A DNA stretch of 64,000 bases from an uncultured Gammaproteobacteria bacterium (GTDB lineage Bacteria > Patescibacteriota > Patescibacteriia > UBA9934 > CAZDDW01). The stretch covers positions 132,293 to 196,292 of the forward strand of contig CAZDDW010000001.1 of NCBI GenBank assembly GCA_964504365.1. Reading direction: 5' to 3'. Of the stretch, positions 1 through 10,199 are shown one piece after another (within the stretch, counting starts at the first letter, position 1; each line of letters starts with the position of its first letter). The position numbers and the translations under genes were made by a program. The notes beneath the pieces are model-generated. The model worked only from the letters and a program-made list of their open reading frames with translations. It was not told where the DNA came from and ran no database searches.

Positions 1-1
1 T

Positions 2-886
2 TATATTGATAAGTTGATTCGCCTGGCTGATTTGCCTTCGTTGAAAGGTTTAAAGATAGTGTTAGATACAGGTAATGGAATGAGCGGACTGGTTTTGCCA
101 AAACTTTTTAAACGACTTGATTGCGAGATCGTGCCAATGTATTTCGAGCTGGATGGAAATTTTCCAAATCACGAGTCCAATCCCACCAAAGAAGAAACTT
201 TAACCGATTTAAAGAACAGGATTATTGAGGTGGGAGCTAATTTCGGGGCTGGGTTTGATGGTGATGGTGACCGTGTTTGTTTTGTTGATGAAAAAGGACA
301 GTATATTCGCAGTGACCTTGCGTTGGCTGCATTGGCTGAAGAGTATTTGAAAAAACGGCCTGGTGGTAAGATTGTAATAAGTCCAAGCATGAGTTGGGTT
401 ACCAAAGAAGCAATTGAATCTGCTGGTGGTGAGGCGGTTCTAGAAAAAGTTGGTTATACTTATATAATAAAAAAATTGCGTGAAATTAAAGGTGTGATGA
501 GCGGGGAGGTTGCTGGTCATTTTTATTTCGACGACTTTGATGATTTGGATTCAAGTGAATTTGCCCTACTCTTGTTGATCAAGAAGCTGGTCCAGGAGGC
601 AAGGCCGTTATCAGAAATAATGGCTCCATACCATAAGTATCACAATCTAAAGGAAACGAATTTTGAAGTAGCTGATCAGCAGGCGGTGATAAAAAAAATA
701 GAAGAAGAATATCGACCAAAAGCAAAAGAGTTTAGTGATTATGATGGTATTCGGGCGGACTTTGATGATTGGTGGTTCAATATTCGTTTGTCCAATACAG
801 AGCCAGTGGTTCGATTAAATATGGAAGCAAAAACTCCAGAACTACTTGAAGAAAAGAAACAGGAAATAATAAGCATGATTAAATAA
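2..886 (+). CDS. alpha-D-phosphohexomutase (phosphoglucosamine/phosphomannomutase family), C-terminal part; 5' end outside window
   Basis: ORF in frame from window edge; GFDGDGDR metal-binding loop and C-terminal phosphohexomutase domain motifs in translation. Confidence 0.7.
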   Translation, partial: YIDKLIRLADLPSLKGLKIVLDTGNGMSGLVLPKLFKRLDCEIVPMYFELDGNFPNHESNPTKEETLTDLKNRIIEVGANFGAGFDGDGDRVCFVDEKGQYIRSDLALAALAEEYLKKRPGGKIVISPSMSWVTKEAIESAGGEAVLEKVGYTYIIKKLREIKGVMSGEVAGHFYFDDFDDLDSSEFALLLLIKKLVQEARPLSEIMAPYHKYHNLKETNFEVADQQAVIKKIEEEYRPKAKEFSDYDGIRADFDDWWFNIRLSNTEPVVRLNMEAKTPELLEEKKQEIISMIK

Positions 887-887
887 T

Positions 888-2015
888 ATGTTTGGATTTT
901 GGACATTAATAATTTTTCTAGCCGTTTTATCAATCTTGGTCTTGGTGCATGAGATTGGGCACTTTGTTGCTGCGCGACGTCTGGGCTGTAAGGTTGAGGA
1001 ATTTGGACTTGGTTTCCCGCCGCGTTTGTTTGCTTGGAAACGTAAGAAAGACGGGATTGAATATTCATTGAACTGGATTCCGCTTGGTGGTTTTGTTCGT
1101 ATCAAAGGAGAGTCAGGGCAGCACAAGGGTGATAACGACAGTTTTGCTTCAAAATCAGCTTGGAAACGATTTATTATTTTAGTTGCTGGTGTGGCCATGA
1201 ACTTTGTCTTGGCTGCGGTTCTGTTGTCGTTCGGATTCATGACAGGATTGCCAACTGCTGTTGATGAAGGATTGCCAGACGGGGCACGAGTATCTGATGC
1301 AGCTATTCGTGTCACAGCCGTGCTAGAAGATACACCAGCGGAAGCTGTTGGGTTTGAGTTGGGCGACGAGATCTTGTCGATCAATGGTCAGGCATTTGCT
1401 GAAGCAGAAGAGGCCCGAGCATTTATTCGCGATAATGCTGATCAGGAATTATCATTCTTGGTCGGTCGAGCTGATTCTGAGTTCGCGGTTCAGGTCACTC
1501 CGGAATATATCGAAGAGCTGGAAAAAGTAGGTATTGGTACTGGATTGATCACCACTGGCTTTGTTTCGTTCCCAATTCATTTAGCTGTTTGGTACGGGAT
1601 CACGACCACATATAAGTATACGATTTTGATCGTGGTCGCTTTGTACACGATTTTGAAGAGTCTGATAATGGGCCAAGGTGTTGGTTTGGACCTTTCTGGA
1701 CCAGTTGGTATTGCTGTTATGACCGGTCAAGCCGCTCGTTTAGGTCTGGCTTACCTGATCCAGTTTACAGCTATCCTATCCATAAATTTGGCTGTAATTA
1801 ACGTTTTACCCTTGCCAGCATTGGACGGAGGACGTATCCTATTCTTATTGATAGAAAAAATTCGCCGTCAACCGATTAATGAGAGAATTGAGGCGGTTGT
1901 GCACAATACTGGCTTTTTGATCTTAATTGGTTTAATTATATTGATTACATATCGTGATCTATTGCGCTACAGTGAACAGATTTTAGGCGGGATTAAAGGA
2001 TTAATTGGAATGTAA
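888..2015 (+). CDS. rseP: RIP metalloprotease RseP (site-2 protease) with PDZ domain
   Basis: HEIGH zinc motif in first TM helix, PDZ-like middle region, C-terminal LDGG motif; multi-TM. Confidence 0.8.
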   Translation: MFGFWTLIIFLAVLSILVLVHEIGHFVAARRLGCKVEEFGLGFPPRLFAWKRKKDGIEYSLNWIPLGGFVRIKGESGQHKGDNDSFASKSAWKRFIILVAGVAMNFVLAAVLLSFGFMTGLPTAVDEGLPDGARVSDAAIRVTAVLEDTPAEAVGFELGDEILSINGQAFAEAEEARAFIRDNADQELSFLVGRADSEFAVQVTPEYIEELEKVGIGTGLITTGFVSFPIHLAVWYGITTTYKYTILIVVALYTILKSLIMGQGVGLDLSGPVGIAVMTGQAARLGLAYLIQFTAILSINLAVINVLPLPALDGGRILFLLIEKIRRQPINERIEAVVHNTGFLILIGLIILITYRDLLRYSEQILGGIKGLIGM

Positions 2016-2016
2016 T

Positions 2017-2556
2017 ATGGATGGAGAAAGTGCAGCAGAAGCACAGGCTCGACGCGAAGCTTATCGTCAGAGCAAGTTAGAAACGTTGTCTGAGGATACG
2101 CTTAGGGTCTTTGAAGTTTTTCCTGATCTTAAGGCACACTATTTAGGTTTACAGGTTAGTGTTATGGGTTCAGGTAGTGGTGATAATTATATTTCCTTGT
2201 TTAAGAAATTGTTTGCTGAATTACCAGATGATTTTGGTACCTCTGAGCAAGCCGTGGCCATATTGAACGATATGGTTCGTCGTTTGGAAGAGTTGTCTGA
2301 TGAACAGTGGGAAGATGAAGATATTGCTGGAGAAAAGGAGACCCGGATTTCGAAAATGAGTCCAGGGGCACAAAAGGCCGTTAAAGAAAATCCGTTGTTG
2401 ATGCGAGAAATATTTACTGATCCGGATATGAGTAGCTTGCGTGAAGAGGCTGAGTGGCTGGCAGCACAAGGAGGATTCGTTGAGAAATATGGTGGATCTG
2501 ATAAATGGAAAAAGATAATTAGCGAGATTGAAAAAAACGTAGGAGAGCTTGAATAA
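2017..2556 (+). CDS. hypothetical acidic protein
   Basis: ORF; ATG at 2017 just after rseP stop; native low-GC composition. Confidence 0.45.
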   Translation: MDGESAAEAQARREAYRQSKLETLSEDTLRVFEVFPDLKAHYLGLQVSVMGSGSGDNYISLFKKLFAELPDDFGTSEQAVAILNDMVRRLEELSDEQWEDEDIAGEKETRISKMSPGAQKAVKENPLLMREIFTDPDMSSLREEAEWLAAQGGFVEKYGGSDKWKKIISEIEKNVGELE

Positions 2557-2562
2557 AAATAT

Positions 2563-3606
2563 ATGAAAGATGATTTAAACAAAATAAAACAAGAATTCTC
2601 TGACGCTATTGCTAGGGTTAAGGACTCGGACGGTTTGGAAGCCGTGCGGGTTGAGTTTTTAGGGCGCAAGGGAAAGCTGGGTGAATTGCTTAAAGGTCTT
2701 AAGGATATGAGTGATGCTGATCGTAAAAAGTTTGGTCAGTTGTCTAATCAGGTTAAGGGCGAGATCGAAAGTGCGTTCGCAGCCAAAGAATCTGAAATTG
2801 CCGCAGCGCGTGCTGGTGAGGTTGAGAAAGAAGAGTGGATCGATATTACGGTTCCTGGTTTGCAATGTCGCGAGGGCCATCTGCATCCAACAACTCAAGC
2901 GATCGAAGAGATTGAAGACATCTTTTCACACATTGGTTTCACCCGTTTCTCAGTACCAGACATTGATTGGGACTACTATTCGTTTGAATCATTAAACATG
3001 CCCAAAGGTCATCCTGCACGAGACGATTGGGAGACATTTTTTATCGACGCACCAGAAGGCAAGAAGGGAAAGATGGTGGCTACACCACACATTTCCAATG
3101 CACAGGTGCGCATCATGGAAAAGATAAAGCCGCCATTTAGAAAATTATATATAGGAAAGGCTTATCGTCGACAAAGTGATACTTCTCATTTACCGATTCA
3201 CAACCAGTTTGAGATTTTGATGGTTGATAAAGGTTTGTCTGTAGTTAATCTGAAGGGTGTGATTGAACATTTCGTCCACTCTTATTTTGGGCCAGACGTG
3301 AAAGTTCGTTTGCGTCCGCATCACTTTAGATTCACGGAGCCAAGCTTCGAAGTTGATATTAGCTGTGATCTTTGTAAGGGCGAAGGCGGTGCCTGTCGAA
3401 TGTGTAAAGGCGGCTGGCTCGAACTGGCTGGTGCTGGCATGACTCATCCGAATGTTTTGAAGGCGGGTGGTGTTGATCCAAAAGAATACTCAGCCATTGC
3501 TTTTGCCTTCGGAATTGAGCGCACCTTGATGATGCGTGCTGGTATTTCTATCCCTGACATCCGTTTGATGTACAAAAATGATTTAAGATTTGTGAACCAA
3601 TTTTAA
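2563..3606 (+). CDS. pheS: phenylalanine--tRNA ligase alpha subunit
   Basis: class II aaRS motifs (FRxE, GIERTLMM...) in translation; followed by pheT. Confidence 0.9.
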   Translation: MKDDLNKIKQEFSDAIARVKDSDGLEAVRVEFLGRKGKLGELLKGLKDMSDADRKKFGQLSNQVKGEIESAFAAKESEIAAARAGEVEKEEWIDITVPGLQCREGHLHPTTQAIEEIEDIFSHIGFTRFSVPDIDWDYYSFESLNMPKGHPARDDWETFFIDAPEGKKGKMVATPHISNAQVRIMEKIKPPFRKLYIGKAYRRQSDTSHLPIHNQFEILMVDKGLSVVNLKGVIEHFVHSYFGPDVKVRLRPHHFRFTEPSFEVDISCDLCKGEGGACRMCKGGWLELAGAGMTHPNVLKAGGVDPKEYSAIAFAFGIERTLMMRAGISIPDIRLMYKNDLRFVNQF

Positions 3607-3607
3607 T

Positions 3608-6022
3608 ATGAATATTTTAGCTTCTTACAATTGGGTCAAAGATTATCTTAATACAAAGGATACGATTGCTCAGTTTGATAAAAAAATGAGTTTAACTGGT
3701 TCTAGTGTTGAATATATTCATCGCGGGAAAGATCAGTTTGAAAAAATGGTTGTTGGACTGGTTAAAGAACTTAAGGACCACCCAGATGCCAATGCTCTTA
3801 AGGTTTGTGTGACTGATATCGGAAAAGAAGAGGTTGAGATTGTTTGTGGTGGTACGAATTTACGCGAAGGCATGAAAGTGTTTGTGGCTTTGCCAGGGTC
3901 TAAGGTCCGTTGGCACGGTGAAGGTGATTTAGTTGAGCTTGGAAAAACTAAGGTTCGCGGCGTGGAAAGTCATGGAATGATATGTGCGCCAAGTGAAGTT
4001 GGTTTTATTAAATTACAACAAGGTGAGAAAGATATTTGGGATTTGAGCGAACTGACTAAAGCCAAGTCAGGCACGTCTGTGGTCACTGCTTTGGATCTGA
4101 ACGATACAATTTTTGATATCGAGGCAACAACCAATCGTCCTGATCAGATGAGTATTATTGGTCTGGCTCGTGAAGGTGGTGCTGTTGGTTTGGGTGAATT
4201 TAAGTGGAATCGTGGTGCGGCTAAGAAACGAGTTGGTAGTAAGCTCGAGGTTGCTGGCGAAGAGTTGCCACTTAAGGTTTCAGTCAAGGACAAAGATTTG
4301 TGTCGACGATATCAAGCGATTGTTATCGATGGTGTTAAGGTTGGTCCATCACCTTGGTGGTTGCAGAAACGATTGCTTCAGGCCGGACATCGTCCGTACA
4401 ATAATATTGTTGACATTACTAACTACGTGTTACATGAGCATGGTCAACCAATGCATACTTTTGATTATGAGAAACTTGAAGGTGGTGAGATTGTTGTACG
4501 CAAAGCCAAGAAGGGCGAGAAGTTTTTAGCACTTGATGAGAGCGAGCATAAGTTGAGCGATAAGCATTTGGTTATTGCTGATAGTTCTCGACCAGTGGCT
4601 GTGGCCGGTGTCATGGGTGGAATGGAAACAGGGACAACTGATAAGACAACAACGATCGTATTTGAGTGCGCTAGTTTTGAGCCAGTTAATGTTCGTCGTA
4701 CTGCCCGTGATTTAAATCTGTATTCCGACTCGCAGCTTTTATTTGAAAAAGGATTGTCAACCGAAGCAACTGAGCCAGCATTAATGCGAGCGATTGAATT
4801 GACTTTGGAGATTGCGGGCGGTCGAGTTGCTTCTCAAGTGTTTGACGAGCGTTCGTCTGAGTACAAGCCATTGCAATTTCCATTTGATCCAAAGAAGGCT
4901 TCGGAGTTAATCGGAGTTGGTATCCCAGAAGTCCAGCAAATGTCAATTTTGGGGAACCTTGGTTTTACTGCCAAGAAAACCGGTGATCATTATATGGTTA
5001 CTGTGCCTTATTGGCGTGATCATGATGTTGAAGCTTCGGTTGATTTTACTGAGGAGATAGCTCGTGTGTACGGATATCACAATATGCCTTCGAAGCTGCC
5101 AAGCGGAGAACTGCCAACCGAAGCTTGGTTGCCAGAATTTGTTTGGGATCGTCGAGTGAAACAGGTTTTGGCCGGCGCTGGTGCAACAGAGACTTTTAGT
5201 GAGACCTTTGTTTCTGAGGATGATCTTGCACGCTATGGTCTGTCAGCAAGCAATGCTTTGCATCTGAAGAATCCACTCTCTAGTGATCTGGAATATTTGC
5301 GACCAAACTTGATTATTTCCATGCTGCGTTCAATCGAAGCTAACCAGCGTGAATTTTCTGAAGCGACTCTATTCGAGTTGGCTCGAACCTTTGTTCCAAA
5401 GAAAGGGAAGTTACCAGACGAAGCGCCGCGATTGTTGCTTGCGGCTTACGGACCTGACGGTGAGCAATCTTTCTTGCGAGTCAAGGGTCTGGTAGAGCGC
5501 TTGTTCCGCGAGGCTGGAGTTCATGGTCAATCTTTAGATAGGGGAACAGAAGATTCGCGTTGGCACACAACTCGCTCAGCCACGATTTCGATTAATGAAA
5601 AACCGATCGGTGTGATCGGGGAGATTTCTCGTGCCACAGCTGAGGTATTTGGTCTTGAAGCAAAGGTTGCTTTGGTTGATTTGGATTTTGCAGCTCTGTT
5701 GCCACATCTGTCGATCAATAAGCAGTACACCGCAACTCCAGATTTTCCAGCAGTCAAACGTGACCTGGCTTTTGTTCTCGATAATTCAGTTGAATATTAT
5801 CAGGTCGAGTCAGTAATTCACGAGATCGATCCTATGATTCGTCGAGTTGAGTTGTTTGATGTTTACTCAGGTAAAGGAGTTGAAGAAGGGAAAAAGAGCT
5901 TGGCTGTGCACTTAGAATTCCGAGCAGATGATCGGACCTTGAAGTCAGAGGAGGTTGATAAAGCAGTGGATGAGATTATCCAGATGCTAAAGAAGCAATT
6001 TTCTGCTACAATAAGAGGGTAA
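3608..6022 (+). CDS. pheT: phenylalanine--tRNA ligase beta subunit
   Basis: 804 aa; tRNA-binding N-term, B3/4, B5, FDX-ACB domains recognisable; adjacent to pheS. Confidence 0.9.
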   Translation: MNILASYNWVKDYLNTKDTIAQFDKKMSLTGSSVEYIHRGKDQFEKMVVGLVKELKDHPDANALKVCVTDIGKEEVEIVCGGTNLREGMKVFVALPGSKVRWHGEGDLVELGKTKVRGVESHGMICAPSEVGFIKLQQGEKDIWDLSELTKAKSGTSVVTALDLNDTIFDIEATTNRPDQMSIIGLAREGGAVGLGEFKWNRGAAKKRVGSKLEVAGEELPLKVSVKDKDLCRRYQAIVIDGVKVGPSPWWLQKRLLQAGHRPYNNIVDITNYVLHEHGQPMHTFDYEKLEGGEIVVRKAKKGEKFLALDESEHKLSDKHLVIADSSRPVAVAGVMGGMETGTTDKTTTIVFECASFEPVNVRRTARDLNLYSDSQLLFEKGLSTEATEPALMRAIELTLEIAGGRVASQVFDERSSEYKPLQFPFDPKKASELIGVGIPEVQQMSILGNLGFTAKKTGDHYMVTVPYWRDHDVEASVDFTEEIARVYGYHNMPSKLPSGELPTEAWLPEFVWDRRVKQVLAGAGATETFSETFVSEDDLARYGLSASNALHLKNPLSSDLEYLRPNLIISMLRSIEANQREFSEATLFELARTFVPKKGKLPDEAPRLLLAAYGPDGEQSFLRVKGLVERLFREAGVHGQSLDRGTEDSRWHTTRSATISINEKPIGVIGEISRATAEVFGLEAKVALVDLDFAALLPHLSINKQYTATPDFPAVKRDLAFVLDNSVEYYQVESVIHEIDPMIRRVELFDVYSGKGVEEGKKSLAVHLEFRADDRTLKSEEVDKAVDEIIQMLKKQFSATIRG

Positions 6023-6023
6023 G

Positions 6024-6103
6024 AAGTTGTCTAGTATACTGGTTATTTAGTTATCTAGTTTTCGCAACCAGACAACCAGACAACTAGTTAACTAGAAAAC
6101 AAT
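6024..6103. repeat. palindromic element with aaccagacaaccagacaac units after pheT
   Basis: ttgtctagtatactggttatttagttatctagtt ... aaccagacaaccagacaactagttaactag. Confidence 0.55.
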
Positions 6104-6397
6104 ATGATCGACGCAATAGATATTTTATACATAGTCCTTGCTTTCTCAGTTCTCTGGTTCACAGCTTTCGTTTGTTGGCTCATTTGGCAAGTTGCCATGA
6201 TTCTCAAGAATGTGAATGACACTATGACTGAGGCGCGGGAAAAGATCGCCAAGATCGAACTGGCTTTGACAGCCATGAAAGATCGTTTTGAACATGCGAC
6301 AACCAGTCTTGGTCTGCTGGTTGACGGCGGTAAACGTGTGATTGACTACGTCATTGATAAGAAGACCAAGAAAAAGAAAGAAAAAGATGAGGAATAG
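6104..6397 (+). CDS. small membrane protein, Lys/Glu-rich C-terminus
   Basis: N-terminal TM helix; followed by GNRA-loop hairpin terminator 6405-6427. Confidence 0.45.
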   Translation: MIDAIDILYIVLAFSVLWFTAFVCWLIWQVAMILKNVNDTMTEAREKIAKIELALTAMKDRFEHATTSLGLLVDGGKRVIDYVIDKKTKKKKEKDEE

Positions 6398-6404
6398 AAT
6401 AAAG

Positions 6405-6427
6405 ACCGTCCGCAAGGGCGGTTTTAA
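6405..6427 (+). terminator. intrinsic terminator
   Basis: accgtcc-gcaa-gggcggt hairpin followed by TTTT. Confidence 0.5.
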
Positions 6428-6460
6428 AATTTATTTGGATTGTGGTAAAGTGAGGCCGAT

Positions 6461-9400
6461 ATGAGCTCAGAATTTGTCCATCTACATAATCACAGTCACT
6501 ACTCATTGCTTGGTGCGCTCCCGAAAATCGGGCAGATTTTAGATCAGGTCAAAGAACAGGGTGGTGATGCTGTGGCTTTGACAGACAACGGGGCCATGTA
6601 CGGAATTATTGAATTTTACAAAAAAGCCAAGAAAATGGATATCAAGCCGATTGTTGGTATGGATGCCTACATCGCTCCACATGGTCGGCTTCAGAAACGG
6701 GCCAAGGTGGATGCCAAACCATATCGATTGGTTTTGCTTGCTGAGAATAATATTGGATACAAAAATTTGTTAAAGCTCTCAAGTATTGGATTTCTTGAGG
6801 GTTTTTATTATAGACCACGAATTGATAAGGAGATTTTGAAAGAACACTCGGAAGGGCTAATTGCTTTGTCTGCCGGAGCTTTTGGCGAGATTCCTTCATT
6901 GGTTCGTGATTATGGTAAGGATAAGGCACGTGAAGCATTGGACGAGTATCTAGAGATTTTTGATCGTGATCATTTTTATATTGAACTGGTTGATCGTCCT
7001 GAGATTCCAGAACAAGAATCAACCAATGCTATTTTGATCGAACTAGCTAAAGAAACCAACACACAACTTGTTGCTTGTAAGGATTCGTTTTATTTGCACC
7101 CTGAAGATTCTCAGGCTTGGAAGATTTTACAGTGTGTGCGTGGCGGCAAGACATTAGAAGACCATGAGCGCATGAATCAGTTTGATTACGATGCATCACT
7201 GGTTGCTCCAGAAACCATGATCGAGCGTTTCAAGGATGTGCCCGAGGCGATTGCTAACACTCGCAAGATTGCTGATCGCTGCAACGTTGAGATCGAGCTT
7301 GGGGTCTGGCACTTTCCGCCAGTTGATATTCCTGAAGGCGAAACCGCAGACTCGTTGTTGCGTAAGCAGACTTATGAGTTGGCTGGTGAGAAATATGATG
7401 AACCCTTGTCGGATGTGGTTAAAGAACGCATCGATTATGAGTTGGATATTATTAAGTTGAAAGAATACTCGGGTTATTTTATTTCTGTTGCTGATTACAC
7501 AAAGTGGGCGCGTGATAATGCGGTTGTTACCACGACCCGAGGTTCAGCTGCTGGTTCGATCGTTTCATATATTATTGGTATTTCTTCGATCGACCCATTG
7601 GAATATCAGCTACCGTTTGAGCGTTTCTTAAACCCGGAACGTCCTTCAGCGCCTGATGTTGATGCTGACTTTGCTGATAACCAACGCGACCGAGTTTTGA
7701 AATATGTGTCTGAGAAGTACGGTCAGGATCGAGTGGCTCAGATCTGCACCTTTGGAACCATGCTTGCCAGAGGTTCGGTTCGTGATGTTGGTAGAGCATT
7801 GGGTTTTGAATACAGTTTTATTGACCAGATCGCCAAAGAGATTCCAATGGGAGCTCAAGGTATGCCAATGACTTTGAAGCGAGCTTTGGATGAAAATCCG
7901 GATTTGAAAAAAATGTATGACGGTGATGGTCGTGTGCGTCAAGTGATTGATACAGCTATGCAGATCGAAGGTTGTGCTCGCCACGTTTCGGTTCATGCTG
8001 CTGGGGTGGTTATTTCTCCAGGGCCTTTAACAGACTACACTCCGCTTCAGATTGATACCCGCGAGGGTAAGGTGATTACTCAATATGAGATGCACGCAGT
8101 AGAAGATGCTGGGTTAGTTAAGATGGACTTTTTAGGAATTCGTAATTTGTCGATTCTTGGAGATGCAATCAAGATCGTTAGTAAAACAAAAGGTGTAGAT
8201 GTGGATATAGAAAATATTCCAGTTGATGATAAAACAACCTTTGATCTTTTAGCCAAGGGGCACACCATGGGCGTGTTCCAACTCTCTGGTGATGGTATGA
8301 CCAAGTATCTAGTCGAGCTCAAGCCAACTCGAGTAGAGGACATTATGGCTATGGTGGCTTTGTATCGCCCAGGTCCTATCGAGTTCATTCCTGAATATAT
8401 CAAGCGCAAACATAATCCAGAACTAATCGATTATCCGCACGAGCTGCTTGAAGATATTTTGAAAAAATCACTTGGTCTTTTGATCTATCAAGATGACGTC
8501 ATGCTTACTGCGATCAAACTAGCTGGATATTCTTGGCTTGAAGCGGATTTATTTAGAAAGGCCATGGGAAAGAAAATTCCGGAGTTGATGCTTGAACAAG
8601 AAAAGAAGTTCAAGGATGGTTGTGTTGCAAAAAATATTCCCAAGGCCTTGGCTAATGATCTTTGGGAGCGGATTAAACCGTTTGCTATGTATGCCTTCAA
8701 CAAGTCGCACGCTTCTTCGTACGGAATGGTTGCTTACCAGACTGCGTATATGAAGGCCAATTATCCGGCCGAATACATGGCTTCGTTGATGACAGCCGAG
8801 TCTGCGGATCTGGAAAAGGTGGCTGCAGCTGTGCACGAGTGTGGGCGCATGGGGATCAAGGTCTTGCCGCCGGACATTAATGAGTCATTGAAGACCTTTA
8901 CTTATATTGATGATCAGACAATTCGCTTTGGATTATTAGTGATTAAGAATTTGGGTTCTGAAGTGATTGAATCAATGATCGAGGAACGTAAGGTTAATGG
9001 ACCTTTTGTTGATCTGGCTGACTTTGCTGGACGTATTTCACACAGAGCGTTTAACAAGAAGTCTTTAGAAGCAATGATCAAGGCAGGGGCTTTGGATCGT
9101 TTTGGAAACCGGAACATGTTGCTTCAGAACGCTGATCAGATTTTAAATTATAATCGTGAAACGATTCGTGAAAAAGAACAGAACCAGACTTCATTGTTTG
9201 ATTTGGCTCCTGACTTAGAGCAGAGCAAGCTGCGTTTGAAAGAATATCCGCGCGCACCAAAGCAGGAGTATCTTGGTTGGGAAAAAGAGTTTCTTGGATT
9301 GTATATTACGAATCACCCATATGCAGATCAGGCCAAGGTTCTTGAGGGGCATGTGATAACTTGCGATCAGGTCGAGGATCAGAAAGTGAACAAATTTGTC

Positions 9401-9997
9401 CGCGTTGCCGGGATGATTGCCACGGCCAAGAAGATTGTTACTAAGAAGGGTGATGACATGGCCTTTGTTACATTGCAGGACATGGTTGAGTCAACTGAAC
9501 TAATAATCTTCCCACGGACTTTTAAAGAGTTCGAGCACTTGCTTGAAGATGGGAATACGATATTGGTATCAGCAAAAGTAAATGAGCGTGAAGGTGAAAA
9601 GAGCTTGATTGCTAATAGTGTTATTCAGTTGACTGATGAGGGGATAGAGGATGTGGCCGAGATGCTCAAGAGCGGTCTTTGGATAACTGATGATAAGCCA
9701 GCGGGATCACCCCCTTCATCCTCGTCACCTCCGACACCTTCGCAACCATCGCCACCCCCTGAACCAACTACAACCGGCGGCATTTCAGTAAGACTTCGCG
9801 GAAAGCCCTCGCAAGAGATGGTCGCTGAGCTGCGTGATATATTTCAGTCCTGTCCAGGCAGAGAGCGAGTTTACTTCCTGATTGAATCTGGTGGCAACTT
9901 TCGTAAAATAGAAACTGACTATATGGTCGACAAGACCCCGAATTTGATAGGGGCCTTACGCAACATCGTCGGCCGCGAGAATGTGGAGGTTAATTAG
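6461..9997 (+). CDS. dnaE: DNA polymerase III alpha subunit
   Basis: 1178 aa; PHP domain N-term (HLHNHSHYSLL), polymerase core, OB fold; Pro/Ser-rich linker near C-terminus. Confidence 0.9.
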   Translation: MSSEFVHLHNHSHYSLLGALPKIGQILDQVKEQGGDAVALTDNGAMYGIIEFYKKAKKMDIKPIVGMDAYIAPHGRLQKRAKVDAKPYRLVLLAENNIGYKNLLKLSSIGFLEGFYYRPRIDKEILKEHSEGLIALSAGAFGEIPSLVRDYGKDKAREALDEYLEIFDRDHFYIELVDRPEIPEQESTNAILIELAKETNTQLVACKDSFYLHPEDSQAWKILQCVRGGKTLEDHERMNQFDYDASLVAPETMIERFKDVPEAIANTRKIADRCNVEIELGVWHFPPVDIPEGETADSLLRKQTYELAGEKYDEPLSDVVKERIDYELDIIKLKEYSGYFISVADYTKWARDNAVVTTTRGSAAGSIVSYIIGISSIDPLEYQLPFERFLNPERPSAPDVDADFADNQRDRVLKYVSEKYGQDRVAQICTFGTMLARGSVRDVGRALGFEYSFIDQIAKEIPMGAQGMPMTLKRALDENPDLKKMYDGDGRVRQVIDTAMQIEGCARHVSVHAAGVVISPGPLTDYTPLQIDTREGKVITQYEMHAVEDAGLVKMDFLGIRNLSILGDAIKIVSKTKGVDVDIENIPVDDKTTFDLLAKGHTMGVFQLSGDGMTKYLVELKPTRVEDIMAMVALYRPGPIEFIPEYIKRKHNPELIDYPHELLEDILKKSLGLLIYQDDVMLTAIKLAGYSWLEADLFRKAMGKKIPELMLEQEKKFKDGCVAKNIPKALANDLWERIKPFAMYAFNKSHASSYGMVAYQTAYMKANYPAEYMASLMTAESADLEKVAAAVHECGRMGIKVLPPDINESLKTFTYIDDQTIRFGLLVIKNLGSEVIESMIEERKVNGPFVDLADFAGRISHRAFNKKSLEAMIKAGALDRFGNRNMLLQNADQILNYNRETIREKEQNQTSLFDLAPDLEQSKLRLKEYPRAPKQEYLGWEKEFLGLYITNHPYADQAKVLEGHVITCDQVEDQKVNKFVRVAGMIATAKKIVTKKGDDMAFVTLQDMVESTELIIFPRTFKEFEHLLEDGNTILVSAKVNEREGEKSLIANSVIQLTDEGIEDVAEMLKSGLWITDDKPAGSPPSSSSPPTPSQPSPPPEPTTTGGISVRLRGKPSQEMVAELRDIFQSCPGRERVYFLIESGGNFRKIETDYMVDKTPNLIGALRNIVGRENVEVN

Positions 9998-10067
9998 ACT
10001 CCCCCTCCTTTCAAAGGAGGGGTTAGGGGTGGTTCTGATTACAAAGTAGTTTCGATACAATTATACC

Positions 10068-10115
10068 CAGAACCCCCCTTAAGTCCCCCCTTGGAGAAGG
10101 GGGGAGAGCAAAATT
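10068..10115. repeat. 48-bp conserved element CAGAACCCCCCTT-N5-CCCCCCTTGGAGAAGGGGGGAGAG-CAAAATT (copy 1 of 2)
   Basis: about 43/48 identical to 31715-31761; C6-loop-G6 hairpin; upstream GGGGTGGTTCTG (10026-10037) complementary to CAGAACCCCCC. Confidence 0.7.
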
Positions 10116-10143
10116 AACCCGTTTAAATAAGCTTATCGTCTCT

Positions 10144-10172
10144 TGACAGATAAGCTTATTTGTGTTAATCTG
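10144..10172 (+). promoter_or_regulatory. sigma70-like promoter TTGACA-17-TAATCT flanked by a perfect 13-bp inverted repeat (AAATAAGCTTATC/GATAAGCTTATTT, 10130-10167)
   Basis: consensus -35, 17-nt spacer, -10; AGGAGG RBS 10188-10193 and ATG 10200 downstream. Confidence 0.55.
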
Positions 10173-10199
10173 CCAAGTCTTATTCAAGGAGGAGAGACG

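Noticed and set aside
4158-9260. Numerous 60-126-aa ORFs inside pheT and dnaE on both strands
   Set aside because: Nested within long, well-supported housekeeping CDSs with coherent domain content. No independent signals.
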